DNA from: the human T2T-CHM13v2.0 reference genome, Homo sapiens
Length of the DNA: 64,000 nucleotides
Assembly: GCF_009914755.1 (NCBI RefSeq)
Contig: NC_060929.1
Reading direction: 5' to 3' (one strand)
Part shown: piece after piece, positions 55,843-64,000 of the stretch
Layout: each line of letters opens with the position of its first letter
Position numbering within the stretch: position 1 is the stretch's first letter
Translations under genes and position numbers: made by a program
Notes under the pieces: model-generated
Database searches by the model: none
What the model saw: only the letters and a program-made list of their open reading frames with translations
What the model was told of the DNA's origin: nothing

Positions 55843-57254
55843 ATGTAAATGACTGTCTGGAAATCAGGACAACTGAGCTGTGCATGGAGAGTTTAGGAAC
55901 TGGAGATGCTACCATGTGCCTGGAGAGAAAAAAGGGGACAACCAGACACCAAGAAAGAAACTGAAGATGCTCAGGGAGGGGGACTCTCTGAGGAAAAGGA
56001 AGGCAGGAGCTATACACTTTTGTTGTTGGGAAAGCCTGAGGTCCAGAGGAGAGGGACAGGTGGGAAATCCTGCAAGGACAGTAGATGTCAAACCAAGGAA
56101 GGAACTTTTTAAAAGGAATGTTGAAATGCCACAGTAATTTCTACTTAAAAACTCAACCCTGGGAAAAATGTTTGACTTTTCTAAAGCATAATGACATCAC
56201 AAACAACAGACAATAGTGGCAAAGGCTTCAATCTGAGAGACAGAATATCATAGCCCAAAACTGCTGGTGATCCTGTAGCTGTCATTTTAACCCCTTGAGC
56301 CCCAGTCTCCTAGGTCTTCCTCATATTTATTCTTGTTCATCTTGAGAATCCCTTCTTGCTTTAATGGTCTAAGGTTCAAATGATGGAGACAGGAGGATAT
56401 GACCCTCCAGTATATTTGCTTTACAAATCTGCTTCTCTCTTTCATCTAAGTTGCTTTAAATTGATCATCTCATTATCCAACCTGAGTTAGAATGGAGACA
56501 TATGAACTTATTAATGACTTCTTATTAAAAGAGGGGACATTTACATTTGCCTCTGGTTTTGGTTTGAGTCTTCAGACAGCACTGCAGCTAAATTACTATT
56601 TATTTTTAGCAGCCAAGAAAGAGAAGATTGCTTAATGTTTGTTGTTTCTTGGATCTGCCTTCTATCTAGATGTCTGTAAATGCCATCAATACAGTCAATG
56701 GAAGAAGAAAAGTGTGCCAAGCCTATTTTCTTCATTATAATTGATGGAGGCCACTCAGGGCCATGTTCCATTTACTCTCAAATTAAGATGGCATGAATGT
56801 CTCCTGTTCACCCCGTTCTTTTTATTAAAGAGTTGAAGCACTTTTTAAATCAAGAAGAGAGGGAGATAGATTTAATCCTATGTCTGCATTTCAGGAAAAT
56901 TTAAGAGAGGGACATTCCAGGTCAAGGGGCCAACAAAGGAAGACTGGGGAGTTTGTGTTCCTTTTGACATCACGTGATCACCATAGATGTCCGCCTTTAA
57001 CCTAGGGTGGGGCCAGTATTTGTTCAGTCTCCATTCCTGTACTATTTTAACAGTAATCCAGAAAGTGTGTGACAAGGGGACTTGAGCCTGTCTTTGGGTT
57101 TCTCAACATTAGCCTCCTCTCTATGTTCTACTCTAAAATAGCCAGCTCTCTGTTCAACTTCTAAAATACAGTTAGGCAGACTAAGTGAAATCATGACAGA
57201 GATTTTATATTACTTTTTGTAGTAACTTGAGTTATAGGACTTTCATATCCTGAT

Positions 57255-57365
57255 CAAAGAAACAGAAAATGGCTTGCTCTGAGTCCCACAGCGCAGTGGT
57301 AACAGAAGCAGGAATAGAACCTGGGTCACTTATCTTCCAGTCTAATGATCCTTCTGGTCTACCAC
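57255..57365 (-). mobile_element. MIR fragment
   Basis: ggcttgctctgagtcccacagc...cagaagcaggaatagaacctgggtc. Confidence 0.6.
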
Positions 57366-57419
57366 TTCTCTCAGACTTTGCTGCCAGCAAAGGCTTTCTT
57401 GGTGTATTCACTTCCTACT

Positions 57420-57523
57420 TGCACACATTAACTCACACACACTCTAACACGCCCATAGTCATACACACTCATTCTCCCTATTACACACTCCTTCATTGTC
57501 ATACTCATACACTCACACTCACA
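57420..57523. repeat. Degenerate (CA/CACT)n tract
   Basis: cacacattaactcacacacactc...catacactcacactcacata. Confidence 0.7.
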
Positions 57524-58242
57524 TAACTACAGGAGCACCAGAGCCACAGCTTCCCAGCATGGCCTACAGCTGGAGGCCCAACCCATCTACTCAGATTCCT
57601 TTTGTTGAATCAATGTGACCCATGCAAGGTTTCAAACCTGATGTCAACACCCAACTGAGGGCTCAGACCAGAGCTGGACCTGCATAAAAGTTCCATGTGG
57701 AGGCACTAACCTCCATATTTTGAGTTCTAGATTAGGTGGCAGACAGTGAGGAATGAATCTTGCAAGAGAAAGTGGTCAGAAAAGGATCCAGTGGCAGAAT
57801 TCCAGGATGAAGTCTAGTCATCAGAAGGGAGTTGAGGCCAGAGAATTGATGACTATGAGAGTGAATTCTGCAGAAAAGAATCCAGTCATTGAAGAGGACC
57901 AGGTTTCAGAAACAAAATCCAGGTACCTAAGAGCACGGTGAGTATGAGGAAGCAGATGGTATTAAAGTTTATGAGCTATCAGAGGATAAATGGGGCAAGG
58001 AGCACTGTCCCAAAGAGTAACACTCACCATGAGGGAAGATGGTTTGGCTGTAGCTGGGCTTTGCTGCCCTCTTTACACCAGGTGACCCTCTTTGCTCTAG
58101 TCTGTGATAGCTTCTTACACTTAAGGGTTTTTTGTTTTTGTTTTTGTTTTTGTTTTTGCCTCTTCCTTGGACAAATGAGGCAAAAGCGACTATAACTAAA
58201 TCACATCAGTGGCAAAGTTTAAAGAACACTTAGATTTTATAA

Positions 58243-58548
<306 letters not shown>

Positions 58549-59800
58549 TATAATTAATTCTTTGGGGATAGCAATTGTAGATCTATCCCCCTTCCCCTCA
58601 ACCCTCGTGTAGATTGACAAGTGTCATCCAGGTAACACAGGGTTTCTGAAGATGCCCTGAATTCTGTTGAGTCAACAATGAAGGCTCTCAGAGAAGCACC
58701 CAACATCTGGTGTGAGAGTGATCTAGAACATGTTCTCACAACCGCCCAGAAGCTGAATATCAAGTTTATCTGGACTTGGATCACAGTGATCACTGAACAC
58801 AGCTTTTAATTACTCAACAGTTAGTCAACAATATGCAGATAAGTAAGATAATTATTTGTCATATCTTTTACCTTCTCTGTTTATGTAGCCTACTTTATGT
58901 CTAGGCAAAGTGTGTGGCCACAGCAAAGTGAGATTTGTTCTGTTCAGGACAGGAAAGGACCCTGCTTCAACTATAAATTCTCCTCTTGTCAAAGGCACAG
59001 AAATAATTAGCTATATCCAAGGGCACAACTATTCCTCTACCGACAATAAAGCCTGACTGTATTTGCATTTTATCTTGCAATATGCCCACCTAAAAAACAT
59101 TTCTACAAAGGCTGCATAAAATAGAACTGTCAAGTTTCAGTACTGCTCCATACACCAGCAGCACATTTGCAAATATGAAGGTCTCACATTTTGTCAAGAG
59201 AAGGTACAGATCTGTTAGAAATTAAAAACAAATATCATTTCCTAATGGAAGTTGGATTTTATTCTAAGCCAACATCTGGACTAATTTGCCAATGAAAGCT
59301 TTCTACTTTAAACCTTGAAAGGGAGAAATAGACTAAATAAGTTGTATTTTAGGATTGATCTGATGTTCTAATTTTTATCTCCACACAAGCCTTCACTTAA
59401 GGTTAAAATATGAGTCTTCTTTGATCTTTCTACATCAGTTGGACGGTGAGTCAGTTCTCAATGTTTACTTTGTGGTACTATGATAATAAAAATATTGTAG
59501 CAGTTTTGTTTTACTATTCAGACTTTCTCAAAGAAGAAATCCTAGTGCCAAAAGGTAATAAAAATTACCAAAATGAAATTTCTCAGTTGTTAACCTGTCA
59601 ATCACAAGAAAATTTAGCTCTAGGAGTATCACCTCACTACAAATGGATAAAATAGCAATCAATCATACAGTAATTTTTTACACTGGCATGTTAAATCTGT
59701 ATAATAGTCAAAAATATGAATATCATGTTTCTATATAATATTTTATTAGAATATTCTTTTCTACAGATCCTGGTAAGTTTTTGTTCCAACTCATACTCAC

Positions 59801-59848
59801 TGTTTTGTTTTGTTTTGTTTTGTTTTGTTTTGTTTTGTTTTGTTTTGT
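59801..59848. repeat. (TGTTT)9 pentanucleotide repeat
   Basis: Directly read. Confidence 0.97.
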
Positions 59849-61058
59849 GACATTGCCAAAATATATACTGTTACCCATATAAGGTAAAATGGCCCTGTGT
59901 ATAAAATACCACGTGGTGAATGCTTGCATTTCAATTAAAACCAGATCTCATGACATCTTTATGCATCTGAGCCCCAGCCATCTGAGGGTAGCCATGTCAA
60001 CCTCCTACACTCTTTATCAGTGTAAGCTCATCTATTCTTAGACTATGAAATATGGGTCTTGGGTGTCAGGGGAAGAATTGTTGGCTGGTCACAGCTGTGG
60101 CCTGGTGGGGAGTACTTTGTGTGGTCTGTGAGCAGAATTTTTCTGCCTTCCTTCCCAGCTGTGCACTGCTGAGTGGAAGAAGGTGTACCCCAGGCTCATC
60201 AATCTCTTTGTGTTCCTCACACTGAACTGGGAAGGTTAGAAAGAGGCAGGCCAGGAAGAGAGGTCCAGAGGCCAGTTTCTTCCCACTGAGTCAAAGAATA
60301 GCATAGAAAAGAGACTAAACAATTGTTCCTCTCAGGCTGCTTAGAAAGAAGACAGAGGCCACTAAATGAATGCATCATTCTTTGGGAGCTCCTGTACCAG
60401 GCTGATAACTGTATGTGAGTCAAAGCTGAATAACTTTAGGGAAAAAAATCTGCAAAATATTAGGTAGAAACTAACAGGGAAAAAAACCTCAAAGTTGCAG
60501 TTCATTTTTATTCATTGGTGATTAACTTGAAATGTAGTCACTTGATCTACAAGGTTGTTTAAATGATAAAAAGACATTTTTCTAGTATTTTTCAAACAAA
60601 AAAGTTAGGTTTTTATATTTCTGTACCACACTGTGGTTTAATTTAAATAGTTTTAACAAAAAAAAACCTTTTTCTTATTAAAGTCTATTGTTGCCAGAGC
60701 CAATCAGAAGCAAAAGAATGGATGTGAAAATTAGGCCTGAGAATGTATATTTGGGTAAAAAAGCTTAAAAATAAACTTAATTCTTAGCTGCAGGAACCTT
60801 TCCCAGCCGACACCTGGGAATTACACTGTCACTGTCCTAACTTGGGTTTTGAGTGCATCTTAGAGTTTATCATGAAAAATGCCAGTTTCACCTGTTTTGT
60901 TAGTTCAAGGATATGGTCATTATTTGTTGTGTTTATTAAAAAGTCTAAAATACAATTTCTGCAAGACTGAAAAAGATAAAATGACTTCCCATTTTTCGTA
61001 ACTCTTTCCTGCAGTTTATGTTTGAATAAAGATTTCTAAAGATTATACAAACCAGTTT

Positions 61059-62155
61059 TTGGGGGGGTCTTTTTTTATTATTATTATACTTTAAGTTCTG
61101 GGATACATGTGCAGAACGTGCAGGTTTGTTACATGGGTATATATATGCCATGGTGGTTTGCTGTACCCATCAACCCGTCATCTACATTAAGTATTTCTCC
61201 TAATGCTATCCCTCCCCTAGCACCCCACCCCTTGACAGGCCCCAGTAGGTGATCTTCCCCTCCCCATGTCCATGTGTTTTCTTTGTTCAACTCCCACTTA
61301 TGAGTGAGAACATGCGGTGTTTGGTTTTCTGTTCTGTGTTTGTTTGCTGAGAATACCATTCAGGACATAGGCATGGGCAAAGACTTCATGACTAAAACAC
61401 CAAAGCAATGGCAACAAAAGCCAAAATTGACAAATGGAATCTAATTAAACTAAAGAGCTTCTGCACAGCAAAAGAAACTATCATCAGAGTGAACAGGCAA
61501 CCTACAGAATGGGAGAAAATTTTTGCAATCTTTCCATCTGACAAAGGGCTAATATCCAGACTTTACAGAAACTTAAACAAATTTACAAGAAAAAAAATCT
61601 CATCAAAAAGTGGGTGAAGGTTATGAACAGACACTTCTCAAAAGAAGACATTTATGTGGCCAACAAATGTGAAAAAAAGTTCATCATCACTAATCATTAG
61701 AGAAATGCAAATCGAAACCACAACGAGATACCCTCTCATGCCAGTTAGAATGGTGATCATTAAAAAGTCAGAAAACAACGGATGCAGGAGAGGATATGGA
61801 GAAATAGGAACGCTTTTACACTGTAGTGGGAATGTAAATTAGTTCAACCATTGTGGAAGACAGTGTGGGTGGCGATTCCTCAAGGATCTAGAACTAGAAA
61901 TACCATTTGACCCAGCAATCTCATTAATGGGTGTATACCCAAAGGATTATAAATAATTCTACTGTAAAGACACATGAACATGTATGTTTATTGTGGCACT
62001 ATTCACAACAGCAAAGACTTGGAACCAACCGAAATGCCCACCAATGATAGACTGGATAAAGAAAATGTGGCACATATACACCATGGAATACTATGCAGCC
62101 ATAAAAAAGGATGAGTTCATGTCCTTTACAGGGAAATGGATGAAGCTGGAAACCA
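61059..62155 (-). mobile_element. L1PA7-like insertion with a 5' inversion (twin priming)
   Basis: 61059-61354 is the antisense 3'UTR plus tail; 61352-62155 is sense ORF2 3' sequence; TSD aaaccagttt at 61049-61058 and 62150-62159. Confidence 0.93.
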
Positions 62156-64000
62156 GTTTCTCCATCACTAGTACAGAAAAATCAAAATAGAACAGAATGC
62201 TATAGTGATAATAAAAGTGTTCTTAGACTTAAATAACAATCTTTAAAGAAAAATTATTCTAACTCAATTAGTTGATTAAGTTATCCCTGATAACTGAAGG
62301 CAACATTTATTTTTGTTGGGATCAACACAACTGTTTAGAAATATAAAATTTTGTTTGCTTTTATTAATAGATGAAGTAGCATACTTTACATTCAAGCTGT
62401 TCATTTGAAGCCCACTTTTGTTGTCCTTTCAGAGTAAAATTTTTTCCAGATTCCCTGTACCTGTTTTCACAACCATGACATATTCAGAAAGTTTTCTTCT
62501 TAACATTAGTTGCTAAGCAAAATATATTTCAGTACGCCTGCTGAAAATTGTCAGTCAAACACACATGGCAAGTGTTTGGTAATCTGATAACACTTTACCT
62601 TACCAGCCATTATCCAATATTTTACAATTGATGCTAGGATATTTAACTAGAACAGAGTCATGTTTTTTTTATTGTGTGAAATCAAGAGATGTGATGAAAA
62701 GAAGTCTGAAATCTCAACATTCCCCCATTTCATTAGGGTTCTTATTTGACTCTCTTAATTTCTTTATTGGAAGCACTCTGTCATGACTGGCTATTTTCAC
62801 AAAAGTAGAAGTAGTCCTATGAACAGTAGCAAAATATTTCTCTCAAGTAACAAAAGAATAAAAATTGTTTTGTAAAAACATGTTTTTCTTTCATTTTACA
62901 TAAAAAAAATTATACCCAAACTCTATTATTTTGAACTTTTTCATTAAATGGGTTGAATTTACTTTATTATTTCCAAACCAAATGTAAGACAACATGCAAG
63001 AAATACATGCCATTTGTAAGCTCTAGCTTTAAGGGCCGTTTATTAAGGTGAGGGAAGATACAGATTTGTCTGAAATTATTCATCCTCATGGCCCAAGTGA
63101 GAGTACATGGAGAACTTTTGTCCGTGAGTATGCCTTTGAATACTTATTTTGAATCTGCCTTTAACAACCCCTGTGCAATATAACAGAAAGTAGATTGTAG
63201 GAAGCTGTTCCTCTTACCTTGATCCTAAAGAGATAGCCATATAGGGATTATGAATTGGAGCAATGCTTATGATAATAGAGTTTGGTGCTGTGTTTGTTAT
63301 TGCCTCCACGTTTTCCAATGGATTGCATATGACTGTGATAAAGAAACAGTCTATGATAGCTAAACAAAGAGGTAGTCATTTCAGTTTATGTTTGAACTTC
63401 CACTCTTCTGTACTAATCAAACAAAATGATATCCAGCTGCTTACTTTAGCCATAAAACATTGTTTTATCGTATGCTTCTGTACGTATCTAGAAATATGTT
63501 ATGTAAACCATTTTAATATGAGAAAGTTGAGGGTTCAATTGCATCAGAATCAGGAAATACAGAGTTAGGATAGCCAATTTAAACTCAGACCCCTCTCCTC
63601 ATTATCAGCAATGTAGTGGTGCTTTTCATTTCATGGATTTATTGTTTGTGACTGTTTATGTTATATGTGAGCATCAGGTAATGGGTGACAGGCAAGATTG
63701 CAAACCTGAGGAGGACCATTCTTCTCTAGGATTGTAGTCAATTCTAATCCATCATTTTACATACATAATCCCCAAGCAGTGCAAGCCTGAGACATGTGAG
63801 CATCTGTTCATTGAATGCACCTCTCTCCATGCCAACGACATGTCACATGGAGCACATCTGAGTTTGACCAAATCATCAGGCTCCTGGACAGACAGGCTTT
63901 TACACATTAATGAGTCTTTTGTTAGTAGCATTTGTGTGATTATATTTATTCACATAAGAAGGCATCCAAAGAAAAAAGTTAGAAACTATAAAAAGGCATG

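Overview
This is AT-rich, non-coding mammalian DNA, primate (hominid-like) from its Alu, THE1 and L1PA content. It is intronic or intergenic. I found no supportable host protein-coding exon, RNA gene, CpG island or CRISPR-like array, and I cannot name the locus from sequence alone. Every long ORF in the track is a LINE-1 remnant or a chance ORF. The window holds many interspersed repeats: a full-length but coding-dead L1PA2 (35872-41917, 18-bp TSD), a twin-primed L1PA7, truncated L1PA8/L1PA16/L1PREC2-like/L1MA/L1MC/L1ME copies, HAL1, Alus/FLAMs, THE1A, MST and MER77 LTRs, hAT MITEs, MIR, L2 and L3. Subfamily names come from my recall of consensus diagnostics and need RepeatMasker/Dfam confirmation. 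I do not see a new multi-gene biological system. Four structures are not explained by the repeat list. (1) A ~45-bp-stem hairpin built inside an L1MA 3'UTR (5546-5642) shares a 14-mer with a palindromic junction ~540 bp upstream. (2) A non-TE insert inside a MER33 has TPRT hallmarks: TT|AAAA site, 18-bp TSD, AATAAA and an A-rich tail (48589-48889). (3) A probable ~225-bp micro-inversion scrambles L1 pieces (29611-29836). (4) Several small palindromic or templated-insertion scars occur.
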